A stretch of DNA of 64,000 nt, taken from Felis catus. Its lineage: Eukaryota. The DNA lies in the NCBI RefSeq assembly GCF_018350175.1, contig NC_058368.1:94242001-94306000 (forward strand), given 5' to 3'. Made by a program: the position numbers and the translations under genes. The notes under the pieces are model-generated. The model ran no database searches and had not been told where the DNA came from. It saw only the letters and a program-made list of their open reading frames with translations. Positions 1 to 13,553 of the stretch are shown piece by piece (position 1 is the first letter of the stretch; every line of letters begins with the position of its first letter).

Positions 1-740
1 CTCCAAGAGCATTTTTCCATTAAAAAATGTTTTTTTGATGTTTATTTATTTTGAGAGAGAGAGAGACAGCATGAGCAGGGGTGGGGCAGAGAGAGGAGAG
101 GCAGAATCGCAAGCAAGCTCCATGCTCCCAGCACAGAACCTGACACGGGGCTTGAACCCACAAACCATGAGATCATGACCTTAGTTGAAACCAAGAGTCA
201 GACGCTTAACCGAATGAGCTACCCAAGTACCCCCTTACTTTAAAAAAAAAAATAATAATGTTTAGCATTTTTCCATTTTTAACTCTACCTTTAATTCCCA
301 TCCCCAAGGAAGCTGCCCTGGCGAGAAAGAGAGAAGACCTTAAGGGCTCAGGTCAACCTCCATAATATTGACCGCACCTAGATTCAGACTACCAGATACC
401 CAGATTTATTCTGATGCTTCCCAATGCCTAAGTAGAAGTTAAGGATTATCAGAAAAGAGGAAGTTGCCTTACATTTAAGCTTTCATGAAGTTTTTCTATT
501 TTAAAGTCGTAATTCAGTTGTTCCACTTTGGAAAACAAAGTATTATTTGGGTAAGCACTCAAGCCATGTTAATTTTGGCTGCTTATAGAGGTCACCTGAT
601 CGACTCAGTTAAAAACAAAGGAAGAAAATAAATTAACATAGCTTTAGTCATTATTCCGGGTATATCACCACACAGTTACAATTAAACATTCTTATAAACA
701 ACGTTTTATTTTGTTTTTGTTTTGTTTTTTCCTATAAACT

Positions 741-1242
741 TTTTTCTAAAATTTATTTATTTTTGAGAGAGAGAATGTGAGTGGGAGAGGGGCAGAGAGA
801 GAGAGTGTGTTAGGGTACCCTCCCTAAGGAAGGGAAATAAAAAAACAAACCTCAAGGCAACCTTGCTATTTGTGTACTTGACAACAGCCCTCGCGACCTT
901 GTAACATGAGACCACTTAATCAGACTACATGTTTGTGTGTTATTGTACGTGGGCGACAAAGAAGTAAACAATGGCCACATGGCGTTAAGGGCTCAGTTCT
1001 TTGGGTACGAACCCATCTGGGTGGTACCGGCAGGAATTAAGTTGCTTCCTGGAAAGAAAAGCCTCAGTGTCACGACTCTCTGTGCAAGAATCCTACTACA
1101 AGAGGGAGAGAGAGAATCCTAAGCAGGCTCCACACTGTCAGCACAAAGCTGGACATGAGGCTCCAACTCATGAGCTATGAGATCATGACCTGAGCCAAAC
1201 CAAGGGTCAGACACTTAACTGACTGAGCCACCCAGGGGCCCC
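741..1242 (-). mobile_element. CAN-SINE interrupted by the LTR
   Basis: T-rich tail and GA tract on the left, tRNA-like head ending ...gactgagccacccaggggcccc on the right. Confidence 0.85.
808..1100. mobile_element. Solo LTR (293 bp) inserted in a CAN-SINE
   Basis: TGTTAGGG...CCTACTACA termini (TG..CA); flanks agagtg (802-807) / agaggg (1101-1106); splits a minus-strand SINE within its (GA)n tract. Confidence 0.75.
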
Positions 1243-1254
1243 AAAATTACTTTT

Positions 1255-1485
1255 ATTTTTTAATTAAAAAGTTTTTTTAATGTTTATTTAATTTTGAGAG
1301 AGACAGAGACAGAGCTTGAGTGGGGGGCGGGGGGGGGCAGGAAGAGGGAGACACAGAATCCGAAGCAGGCTCCAGGCTCTTAGCTGTCAGCACAGAGCCC
1401 GATGCGAGCTCGAGCCCACCAACAGTGAGATCATGACCTGAGCCAAAGTCGGACACCCAACCGACCGAGCCACCCAGGCGCCCCC
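1255..1485 (-). mobile_element. CAN-SINE (feliform type); representative of several dozen copies across the window
   Basis: Typical tRNA-derived head, (CT)n tract and A tail. Similar copies at about 21, 2320, 3445, 4250, 5890, 6542, 7430, 8205, 8465, 13300, 14360, 14975, 15483, 25118, 26285, 26510, 30620, 36820, 37507, 40472, 43400, 47311, 47480, 47706, 49740, 50735, 54685, 55885, 58350, 59055, 63620 and others. Confidence 0.92.
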
Positions 1486-1604
1486 AAAATTACTTTTAAG
1501 AGCAGTATAGTGAGGGGTTAAATTTTGGCAAGCAGGGAAATACACACCTACAGAAGGAATGCGGAACAATACGGGCCTGCTGTTATGTGAACATGGGCTT
1601 GTGA

Positions 1605-2120
1605 CTTGCTTCTGGATTGTGTTCAGCTGCATGTAACAGAAGCCTGACTACAATGGCTTAATCAAAAAAGGACTGAATTCTTTCCACATGGCAAGAAGTT
1701 CAGACATAAGCAGACTAAATCCACATGAGGCAGGGCAGCCAACCCATTGGGCTCCTTTTCACTTTTCCTTCCCCGGCTCCACTGTGTGTTTCTAGTCCCT
1801 GTGATTACAAGACAACAGCTCCACCTCCCCCGGTGCTCATCCACATTTCGGGCAGAAATACAAGGAAGGGTTAGGACTAGAAGAGAAAGTCAAAAAAGGG
1901 CATGCAAACAGAGTTCCCTTTTCATAAAGAATTTTCCTAAAGACCCAGCCAGCATTTAATTTCTGCTTCCCTCTCGTGGGTCAGAAGTTAAACTGTGCTA
2001 TGTGGTCAAGTCTCGCTGCAAAGAAATCCGGGAAGCCGAGTTTTTTCTATCGGAGCCCATCGGTCTACCCAAACACAACTGGAGTTCCACAGTTAGGGGG
2101 AAGGGGAAGGGCTGGTGGGA
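1605..2120 (-). mobile_element. Old MaLR LTR (MLT1-like)
   Basis: ttcagctgcatgtaacagaagcc...atggcttaa resembles the recalled MLT1J/K terminus; highly diverged. Confidence 0.5.
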
Positions 2121-2254
2121 GAGCAATGAGCAGTATCCACCATAACATCATCGGAGGTTCAAAGCATGTTATATCGCAAGCAGTTTACATGGCAGTGAAG
2201 ATTATGTATTCTGGAAAACAGATGACACAAGTGATGACAAGATGGTTCCCTAGA

Positions 2255-2630
2255 TCAGCGCATCTCAAACTTTAGTGTGCACACTGACAACCTGGGGAAT
2301 CTTGTTAAAATGTGTAGTTGGGGGGCACCCGGGTGGCTCAGGTGGTTAAGCATCCCACTCTTGATTTTCAGCTCAGACCATGATCTCATGGTTCATGAGA
2401 TCGAGCCCCACATCGGGCTCTGCACTTGTCAGCAGAGAGACTACTTGGGATTCTCTCTCTCTCTCTGACCCTCCCCCACATGCAAGTGTACACTCTCTCT
2501 CATTCTCTCTCTCAAAATAAATAAAAATTTTTTAAAATGCCTATTTTGATTCAAGGCAGTCTGGGGCATTTTGCATTTCTAGCAAGTTCTCAGGGCATGC
2601 CAATGCTGTTGATCCATGGATATTTGTAGC
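2255..2630. mobile_element. MER5A-like hAT-Charlie MITE split by a SINE
   Basis: tctcaaactttagtgtgca...cctggggaatcttgttaaaatg and tgcatttctagcaagttctcagg...atgctgttgatcc resemble recalled MER5A. Similar fragments at about 8740-8915 and 30095-30290. Confidence 0.6.
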
Positions 2631-3109
2631 AGGGATGTAAAAGATGCATACGGAACGTATGGATAAAATGGTTGATTTGTTAAATAACATTTCTAAGCCA
2701 GTGCATTATTCTACATAGTATTAATTTAAAATATACACAGCAGATTTAATAAGTGACATTGTATAAGTAAGCATTTAAAATTGTCTTCTGCTTCAGTAAA
2801 AATGTATATACTCAAGATGGCCCCTTGAAACTTAAAAAAAAAATCAATTTCAATGACAAATTAGGAAAACAACCTTTTATTTGGAGTTGAAGGTTGAAGC
2901 TACAATTGTTAGCTTTCTAACTGGGGCATATTGAGTGGTTTTAGAATCAAATACTCTCCTGGATTCCATACTTTACTCCTGGGGCTACTGTTTGAGTCAC
3001 ACTCAGCAAGACAAGCTATTTTATAACATAGGTAGTAAGGGGGGAAAAAATAGTAAGAGATATGGTTCTCAGGTCAGACAAATCTGAGTTCTGATCCCAA
3101 TTGTATAAA

Positions 3110-4540
3110 TGATCTATTTCTACATATTAAATTGCTTCAAAATTTAGTGGCTTAACACAACTGTAATCATTTATTCTCGCATGTATTTCTGTGGGTCAGG
3201 AATTTAGGTGTGGCTTGGCTGGGCAGTTCTGGTTTGGGGTCTCTCGTGAAGTTACTGTCAGATGTCCACATTTGGGGCTGACGTCATCTGAAGGCTTGAC
3301 CCTGGTTGCAAATCCACTTCCAAGGTGTTCATTTGGTTGGTGCTGGCTCTTCATGGGAGATCTCAGTTCCTTTTCACAGAACTGCTTGACCACAGCATAG
3401 CAACTGGTTTCATCCAAAGTGAGTAATTCAAAAGATCAATGTTGAGGGGTGCCTGGGTGGCTTAGTTGGCTAAGCTTTCTGATCTTGATCTCAGCTCATG
3501 TCATGATCTCATGGGTTTGTGAGTTCAAGCCCCACGACTGAGCTCTGCAGAGACTGTGGAGAGACTCCTTGGGATTCTGTCTCTTCCTCTCTCTGCCCCT
3601 TCCCTTCTTGCTCTCTCTCCAAATAAACCTAAAAAAAAATTTTTTTTTTTAATTAAAAAAAAAAAAGATCAAGGTTGAAGCTGTACTTGGTAGCTGGGAC
3701 ACAATGGGAAGTTACTCAAATAAGAGGGCTGAAAGCTACCAGCAGAAAGGAGGAGGGCAAGGGGCAAAAGCAGGGAAGGAATGTGTTTTGTTTTGTAGAC
3801 TCAGCAGGAGACATCCAATCAGGTATTTCGCCATTTAGCCCTTTCCTTTGAGCCAGATTGGATTGAGGATCTCTACAGAAGTCCCCTTCATTTGTCCTGA
3901 AGTTACCTTTAGCTCATTACAATAAGATCTCCTCCTATGGGCACTTTGTAGCCATTTTTTGAACACTTGATGTATGTATATACTAACATGTTGACCTTCT
4001 AGGCATATGCAATTGAACCAAAGAGTCTATGCAGGCTCCCTGCCCCCTGCCCCTAATACACTGAATAAAAGCTTCCTGTACAAACCCCAAGGCTGGGCAG
4101 TGTTTTGAGAGCTGTCTCCTTACTTGTAACAATACAAAGTTCTTTGTTTTCAATATGATGGTGACGAACCCCTTGAGTTCAGTTAGCCTCTGAAGTCATA
4201 CACAATCGCTTGTACCATGCTCTATTGATTGTAATCAGATCAACTCTGATTTTATTTTATTTATTTAGAAAGAGAGCGAGAGAATGCGAGTGGGAGAAGG
4301 AAAGAGAGAGAGAATCTTAAGTAGGCTCCTCGCTCAGGGCAGAGCCCGACTCAGGGTTTGATCTCATGACCAGGCCATGAGATCATGACTTAAGTTGAAA
4401 TCAAGAGTCAGATGCTTAACCAGCTGAGCCCCCCAGGTGCCCCAGAATCAGCTCTGATTTGAATATGAGGGTAAACTACACAAGGTTGGGAATGTCCCAA
4501 GGTAAAGATCATTGAGAGCCTTCTTAGACACCTGCCGTCA
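3110..4540 (-). mobile_element. MLT1-type MaLR LTR with nested SINEs and an unassigned insert
   Basis: aaaatttagtggcttaa...tctgtgggtcaggaattt...ggctgggcagttctgg; continues at about 4183 as tagcctctgaagtcatacac. Confidence 0.65.
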
Positions 4541-4750
4541 TAGTTCAGCTCTGACACTTATTTTGGGAAGGTCCCATAGACCCTCCCTGCACTAATGTCC
4601 TTATCTATGAAACCAGGAATTCATAATAGTCTCTGATTCATGAAGTTGTTTGAAGATAATATAGGTCAAGTGCTTTTCATTTAGTAAGGACTCATTATGC
4701 ATTAGCCATAATCATAATAACGATGTTATCAACATTGTTAGATGATGCCT

Positions 4751-4989
4751 GTGATATTGATTTATAAGAAATATAAACTTGGTCTCCCTCTTCTACACAC
4801 AGCTCCTAAAACTCTAGTAATTTCCTAAGTAATCTGAGAAGTGAGGGCATCTTTTGTTCTTTTATACTGGTTCCTGAAATAGCTCCAGAGCATAAAGGTA
4901 AAAGGAGTGCCTTTTGTGATTCACAAAGATCCCCTTTCAACAGTGTCTGAGTTTATGTTACTGAAAAGGATTTTGGAAAGCCCTTCAAT

Positions 4990-5020
<31 letters not shown>

Positions 5021-5693
5021 GGTTGGTTGCTAGGGAAACCAACTGTGTGAATAGAGAGGTTGAATTTTCAGCCTGCCCTCCAACCTCCAGGAAGGGAGAC
5101 AGGTCGAAGGTTGATTAAGTCACCAATGGCCAAAGATTCCATCAATGGTGCTTAAATAAGGAAGCCCCATAAAAATCCCTAAAGTATGAAGCTTGGAGTT
5201 TAGAAAGATTCTGGGCTGGCGAGCATGTGGAGGTGCTGGGTGGGTGGTAGGACTCAAGAGGACATGGAAACTCTCTGTCCCGTTTCCACAGACCTTGCCC
5301 TATGCATCTCTTACACTCAGTCATTCCTGAGGTGTATCCCTTGTGTAGTAAACCAGTAGCCTAGTAAGTAAACTGTTTTCCTGAGTCCTGTGAGCCATTC
5401 TAGCAAATTACCACACCCGAGGAGGAGGTCGTGGGGCCCTCCAATTTACAGCCAATCAGAAGCTTAGCCTTGCAGTTGTGTCTGAAGTGAGATGGCAGTC
5501 TTGTGGGCCTGGTCCCTTTAATTTGTGGGATCTCTCCAAGTAGATAGTGTCAGAAGGAAGTTGAATGTAGGACACCAGCTGGTGTTGGAGAATTGGTCAG
5601 TGGGAGAGAAAACTCCACACATTTGGGGACTAGAAGTGAAGTAGTGAGAGTATTGAGTGTGGAGAAGGGAAACAATGGAATTTTTTCCTTTCA
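4751..5693 (+). mobile_element. MER21-like LTR
   Basis: Starts TGTGATATTG..., contains acagctcctaaaac, agtaagtaaactgttttcctgagt.ctgtgagccattctagcaaatta and gtagatagtgtcagaa, as in recalled MER21. Confidence 0.75.
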
Positions 5694-6669
5694 ACAGCTA
5701 ACAACCTTCCCATACAAAAACTGTATCTATTAGTCAAGATCCACATCGTATAGGTAGTCATATAGAAGTACGTATAGGTAGAATGAGTGACAGAAAGCCA
5801 CTCATTCTTTGATAGATTCAGAGAGTATTAGAACTTCCCATCGCTTCCATGCCTCCCCTTGCCTACAGATCACACATTTCAGCTGTCTTTATTATTTTTT
5901 TAATGTTTATTTTTTAGAGAGAGAGAGACAGAGTGTGAGCAGGGGAGGGGTAGAGAGAGAGAGGGAGACACAGAATCTGAAGCATCAGCACAGAGCCTGA
6001 CGCGGGGCTCGAACTCAAGACCCACGAGATTATGACCTGAGCTGAAGTCAGACGCTCAACCAACTGAACCACCCAGGCACCGCTTCGGCTGTCTTTATTG
6101 AACAACTCACATTTCTTTGTTACTCCATACTTTCTGTCTTTGTAGATGCTCTTCCCGCCGTCTAGAATACTTTCTGTCTCCCCAAAACTTCACCTAACAG
6201 CAACTCATTCTTCTTTTTTCAATAAATATATTGATTTGTTTTCCTCTGCATTCTCTTTCTCTTTCTTCTTTCTTCCCCCCAAATATGTACTTACCCTCTT
6301 CTCCCTCCCCCCTCCTTTTTTTTTTCACTCATTCAACAAATAGTTACTGAATGTCACCCATATGCCAGGAAACACATTGGTCAACAAGATAAAGTCCCTG
6401 CATCCCTGGAACTCAAGGTTTGATGAGGAAGATAGATAATAAGTATCCTCCCCCTAAAATAAATACAGAAACATATAAAACGTCATGTGATGATAAGGGC
6501 TATGAAGAGATACTTAGTGGGATACAGACAAACAGTTGTGAGGGGCGCCAGGGTGGCTCATTCGGTTAAGCGTCAGACTTCGGCTCAGGTCATGATCTCA
6601 TGGTTTATGAGTTTGAGCCCCACATAGAGCTCTGTGCTGACAGCTCAGAGCCTGGAGGCTGCTTGAGAT

Positions 6670-6706
<37 letters not shown>

Positions 6707-7689
6707 TCCTCTCTCTCTGCCCCTCCCCCACTTGTGCTATCTCTCTCTGTCTCTCAAAAATTAAAAACAAACAAACAAAAGACTTAAACAGTTGTGGGCA
6801 TGCGGAGCTATTTTAAGTCAGAGTAACTTAAATAATTTAAATACATTGATGTTCTATGCTCATATACGGTGAAAACCTCACAGTCAGAAATAAAATTATT
6901 CAGCGCTGTATCTCCAGTACTTAATAGGTCTGGCTCCAAGGAGATATTTAGTCAGTATTTGTTGAATAAAAAAAGAAAAAATAATAAAATATGTGAATAA
7001 ATGAATGAACACATGAATTTTAGATGAGGAGATGACAGCCCAGAGGTTTGACTTGCCCAAGACCAAACAGAGAGCAAGAAATAGAAATCTTAACTCAAAG
7101 AAGGCCTGTTTCAAGGACAATGCAGTTTTTATTGTGTCATATTATGCATGCCTAAAACATCTTTGTTTTAATAATGCCCCATCTGTTCCTCTTTCAGTGT
7201 TGACTAGACTCAGCTACTTGAATGGAATTCTGAGAGTTTGCTTTTCTAGTTTTTTATTTAGTCTTCATGGAAACCATCACGGTTTGCTCTTGAATAGACA
7301 AAGAGCTTCACCATAGATTTGTCCACCTGGGCAAGCAGTTGGTTGGTTATAAATCACATGGATTCGGAATGCACCACAGATCAGGAACCAGAAAAGAGTT
7401 CCCACTGAGATCCCCAAAGATTCTTAAAAAACATTTTTTTAACGTTCATTTACTTTTGAGAGAGAAAGAAACGGAGGCATGAGTGGGGGAGGGGCAGAGA
7501 GAGAGGAACACATAGAATCCAAAGCAGGATCCAGGCTCTGAGCTGTCAGCACAGAGCCCTACATGGGGCTCTAACTCACGGAACACGAGATCATAACCTG
7601 AGCTGAAGTCAGACGCTTAACCAACTGAGCCACCCAGGCGCCCCGAGATCCCCTAAGATTCTTTTATAGAGGAAAATAAATCTGGGACA

Positions 7690-8190
7690 AGACTTCTAAA
7701 ATTTTTTGGCTCAGGAAAACCGTCTTAAAAAAATACTGAACATCCCAAACAGCTTTTGTGTGTGTATTATATCTATTGATATTTGGTGTGTTAGAAATTA
7801 AAACTGTAACTTAAAAAACATTTATTCATTTATTTTAAAATAACAATCAATGATGGATTACGTGTTAGCCTAAATAACAAATTTATGAGAAGTAACTGCA
7901 TTTTTCAAAACAAAAAAGATACTTAATGAGGAGAGTGGCATTGTTTTACATTTTGAAAATCTCTTTAATGTCTAGCTTAATAGAAGCAAGCTGGATCCTC
8001 CTATCTGCTTCTGTATTCAGTTTGTTGTGATACCATTCATCATTTAACCTCTGTGGAACTGCAGTGCACATCCATAAGAGAATGAGTAATAACATCTTAG
8101 TATTATAACAAAAGTAGTTTTGATTTGTGGACTGCATGCAGTCTTGGGAGACCCTGGGAGTCCCTTGCACCATACTTTGAGAACCGCTAG
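7690..8190 (-). mobile_element. Charlie1-derived hAT non-autonomous element
   Basis: Ends catactttgagaaccgct (Charlie terminus CAGCGGTTCTCAAAGTGTGG); internal AT-rich segments resemble Charlie1. Confidence 0.7.
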
Positions 8191-8374
8191 TTTTAAGAGC
8201 CATCCGGGCACCCAGGTGGCTCAGTCGGTTGAGCGTCCGACTCGGCTCAGGTCATGATCTCGTGGTCTGTGAGTTTGGCCCCACGTCTGGCTCTGTGCTG
8301 ACAGCTGGCAGCCTGGAGCCTGCTTCCCATTCTGTGTCTCCCTCTCTCTCTGCCCCTCCCCTGCTCATGCTCTG

Positions 8375-8412
<38 letters not shown>

Positions 8413-9044
8413 AAAAATAAATAAACATTTAAGAGCCATAAATTTGTATTAAGAAACAAACAAGGAGAGGCTCCTGGGTGGCTTAGTTGGTTGAGTGTCC
8501 GACTGTTGATTTCAGCTTGGTCATGATCCCAGGGTTGTGGGATGGAGTCCCGAGCTGATCAAGTTCAGCACAGAGCCTGCTTGGGATTTTCTCTCTCTCT
8601 GCCCCTCTCCTCCACTTGTGCTCTCTCTCTTAAAAAAAACAAAAACAAAAACAAAAAAACTCCAAGAAAATGAAATCAAACTACACTTTGAGTTTTTATT
8701 CTAAAAATCTATGTTTTCATATTTCTGTAGTAGTCTTCAACTTTTAGGGCAGAATCATGTAGGCCTATTTAAAATGCTGGTCCTGGGTTTCCATACCCAA
8801 AATTGCTGATGTATTAAGTTTCCGCTAAGACCTAGGACTGTGCACTTTTTAACAAGTCTCCACACCAGTTCCTCTGCCTCTGAGCTAATACTAATCCATC
8901 GTGGATAGTTTGAGGAAAATTGTTCTAGAGAAAAAAAAAAAAAGTAATAACTTGGATATTTTGCAAAACTAAAACAGGATGAAATTTTAAAATTTTAAGT
9001 GAAAGCACATATCTGACCTGAAAGCAGGAAGAGACCAAGGGAGA

Positions 9045-9046
<2 letters not shown>

Positions 9047-9083
<37 letters not shown>
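9047..9083. repeat. (GT)n microsatellite
   Basis: Direct reading. Confidence 0.95.
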
Positions 9084-9087
<4 letters not shown>

Positions 9088-12000
9088 TCATGGGCCCATT
9101 CTGTAGTTATTGCACCAAGAATGTGTATTTTTGGTAGCATGTAGCATGTGGAATTTTCCTGTTCATTAGATTTCACTATAGTCTGAAGTCCTTCATAAGC
9201 TCATCCAAACACAGTTCCTCAAACTATTAAGATATTTACTTTATACCATGAAAGAAAAAAACACATTTTTTTCCTCGAAGGAGCTAAAGACATCATTAAA
9301 ACAAACAAACAAAAAAAACACATTAAAAAACAGGAAACGTAAAATAAGGACTTGAAAATCAGTGAACATTAAGGCAGCTGCCTTTGGCTAAAAACAGTGA
9401 TGGAAATTAAATTCACCATTTCATCCATTCACTTATCAAATAGTCATAAAGCTTGTAGGCTGGGTTTTGGGAATACCAAAATGTTTCCCCTGTAGACTCT
9501 TCCATTTCTGCCACTGGTATCACGATCTACCTTGTTTTTTAGGCAGGAAAACTGTGAGCCACTGGACTTCTTCCTTTTTTACATCACACTTCTCATCTGT
9601 CAACCAGTGCTACTGACTAACTCCAGAAGTATCTCAAACCCGTGACCCTTCTCTCACCTCATCACTTCCACTTTAACCAAACGATCACCACGTTTTGCCT
9701 GGACTCCTGCAACTGTTCCTAACTGTCGTAACTATTCATTCATTCATTCATTCATTCATTCAAGCATTCATGCATTCATGCATTCAAGTATTCATTCATT
9801 TAATATTTATGAGTACCTGCTGAGTACCAGGAACTTTTCAACATAGTTGAAAGCAGACCTGGGAAACAAAACAGACAGAACTTCTGCCTTTATGGAACTT
9901 TCATTTAGTGAGGGGAGAGAGACAAAAAACTAGTTATACAAATATATGCAGGTATACCAAATAGATGATTGGTAGAGTACCAGAGTTTCAAGAGAGAAGT
10001 CAGAAACATTACTTTTCAGTCATCTGGTAATTCCAGGAAGAGGTCAAGGACTCACCTGATCCCAGGGCCTTTGCACATACCGTTCCCGCTACCTAGGACC
10101 CTCTTTGCATGTTTCAAGGCTGATGCCATCTCACACTTCACCTGATACATCATCTCCCTAGAGAGGCCATCCCTGACTACCTGGTTTAAATTGGGAAAAA
10201 TAATTTCCATTCAATGACCTGTTTGTCTTCCTTCTTGGCGCATACAACAACTTGAAAATACATACTTACCTACTTACTATTTCTCCCAATATTAAACTGT
10301 AAATTGCATCTTTGTTTTGTTTATCATTGACTATTTAGGGCCCATCACATCATGGACATGTGTATTAGTCATGTTTCTACCAGAGAATAGAATCAATAGG
10401 AGAGTATAGATCATATATATGAGATTTATTGCAAGGAATTTATTTATATAAGATACACGCAAGAAGCAAATATGTAAGTAAACTACTACAAAATAACAAA
10501 GCAACTATGATGTCCTAAAGGCTGCAGTCAGTACCATGGTATCTTGAATAGGACAAAAAAGTCACTGAAGCTGAAGTGTTAATTCTTACATAATTACCTA
10601 CGAGATTAGCAATAATACCCATTAGTATCAGGGGAAGCTGAAATTCATTTATTCCTAAAATCAGCTAGATACATACAGCTTGCTCCGGAACCTTTTCTTT
10701 TTTCTTCTTTTTTCTTTTTTCTTAAAAAAATTTTTTTTAAATTTTTTTCAGGCAGAGTGAGAGCCTGAGCAGGGGAGGGGCAGAGAGAGAGACACAGAAT
10801 CTGAAGCAGGCTCCAGGCTCTGAGCTGTCAGCACACAGATTTACCTTATTTTAGTGACTACGTAATATTTGTGATAAGCAAAGTACTGTAATTTATTTAA
10901 CCACTCCCTTGCTTAGAAGCATTTAGATTGGTTGGCTGTTTTCTGCTATTGCTAGCAGTGCTGCCGTGTATGAAGGACGCGTTTGGCTGAAAGTGATAGA
11001 AACTCTGATTCAATCTGCTTGAACCATTAAGAAATTTTTAGCTCACAGAACTAGAACTTGAGAGATAAAGAGGCTTTGTTGCTGATATATTCACGTCTGG
11101 GCTCAACAAAGCCACCATTTAGCCAGGTGCTTTCCATCCTTCTTCCCTGCCATTCTCAGAATCCATTCCATCCCAAGCCTGGTTCACCTCTGCACATAAA
11201 ATGACTGAAAGAACTGCACGCTTTTTTTTTTTTTTTTGAATTTTTTAATGTTTACTTATTTTTGAGAGAGAGAGAGAGAGCGAGCGCTAGTGGGGGAGAG
11301 GCAGAGACAGGGAGGCAGAGGGAGGGGCAGAGACGACCTGAGCTCAAGTCAGACGCTTAACCAACTGAACCACCCAGGCACCCCTGCATGCTTTTTTATT
11401 TGCAAAGCCAAATGGATAAAGAGATTTGGCGCCCTCAGTTCTCAAGGGTAGAAAAAAACTTTCCCAGAAGTCTTCGCTAAAGGCAACTCACATCTGATTG
11501 GCTAAATTTGGGCCACATGCCTATTTCTGAACCAATCAATGGCAATGGGGTTGGGATTACTCTTAGACCATTCAGACACCCTGTTTGTCTTGGGGTCAGT
11601 TCCCCAAATTGCTCTGCTGCTTTCAACAGTAGAGAGATGGGATGGATATTGCAAAAATGGCATCAAAATGTCCAAATTTTCAAGCTGTTATCTCACTGAA
11701 CTATATACATCTTTGAGAATTCGTACACTTAGAATCTCTTTAGGATAGATTCCTATTAGTACAGTTGGTGACTCAAAAGGTATGCATATTTAATGTGTTG
11801 ATAGATTCAGCCAAATTGCCCCCAGAACAAGAACCACAATAAAAACAAAAAAACGAAAACGGAAAAAACGGAATCCATTTGAAAGAACAAGTGAATACCT
11901 CTTACGCCATGCATGTGCCAAATGGCCTGTCTTAAATCTCGCTCAAGTGATGTCTTTCTCCTCTCAAGATCATAAAATTAATTCTCTATGATCTCTTACT

Positions 12001-13495
12001 GTTGTAAATAACAGTAATATGCCTTCTAATAGGGGCTCATCCTTGCATTCCTGAGATAAACTGTACTTGCTAATACAATGATGCATTTCATTTGCTAATA
12101 TTTCATTTGTGCTTTTTACAGCTGGGTACCCAACTGAGGCTGGCCTACAGTTTTGTTTGTTTTTCTTTGGTGGTGGTGGTGGTATTCCAGCCTAACAGAA
12201 TGAAGTAGGGAACTTTTCACCTTTGCTGGATCACTTTCTATAAACTGAATTACCTGTTCCTTGAAGGTTTGGGATAATCTGGCCACAGGATAATGTGGCT
12301 TGGTGACACTTTTGTGGATAAATGTTTGGCCCTAGCAATGTTTTTTGCTATTTTTCCTGTAAATACTAGTGTATTCAGATTTCCTATTTCTCTACCCTTT
12401 CTACTGTTTTCTGTAGAGAAACACTACATTTAAAGTATTAATGTCATAAAATTATATGTAATACTCTCCTAATACATAAAAGATCCTTAATATTTAGTAT
12501 ATATATGTAAAGTCCCATACTTTATTTCTATACTTTTTCCTTTCCTTTATCAGATTTTTCAAAATTGGATTCTTCAACTTTTTTCTCTTACTCATTTGCT
12601 TACTTATTACAAAACAAAAATAAAGCCTTACATATTTTCCCCCAAGAAGCACCTGGGCCTGGTTTTATCTGACCATTTTATCCAATAAAGGTGAATGTGT
12701 CACCAATAATATAGGACAATGCCTGTTAACTTATATTGTCACTTGAGAGGTGTTGAGTGACAATATGTATAAGGCTTGCAGCATTTCTGATAATTTATTT
12801 TCTTAATCTTTTATAAATTAAGCTTTGAGTTTCTGAAGCACATTATGTTAAACCCCTATCACCTACAATGAACTAAATTCAAGATATTAAAATGTTTATC
12901 AAAATCATATTTTCCTGATGGCTTTACCTAATCAGATATCTAAAAAGTTTTAATATATTAAAAATAACGGGGGGGGGCACCTTAGTGGGTTAGTTGGTTG
13001 AGCATCTGATTTAGGCTCAGGTCATGATCTCCTAGTTTCTAAGTTCGAGCCCTGCACAGAGCCCACTTCAGACCCTCTGTCCAACTCTCTCTCTCTGCCC
13101 CTCCCTTTCTCTCTCTCAAGTATAAATAAACATTAAAAAATAATGATAATCAAAACATTGGTAAGAAAGGTGACACTGTAGAAGAAATGAGAATGTCACA
13201 GTGGAGGGAAGTTCTATAAATATTGGAATAAAATCCTCCAGTCATGAAGGTGGGCAAGAGAATCCTGAAGAAAGAGAAAACACATTAGAAAGGAGAATAG
13301 GGACAAATGGGTAGCTCAGTTGGTTAGGCGTCCAACTGTTGATTTCAGCTCAGGTCATGATCTCACGGTTTGTGAGATCGAGCCCTGCATCAAACCTTGT
13401 GTCAAGCTCCCCTGGGCATGGAACTTGCTTAAGATTCTGTCTCCCTCTCCTTCTTCTCTCCCCCTCCTAGCATGTGCTCTCTCACTCTCTCTTTC

Positions 13496-13497
13496 AA

Positions 13498-13553
<56 letters not shown>
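13496..13553. repeat. (AAAG)n microsatellite in a SINE tail
   Basis: Direct reading. Confidence 0.95.
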
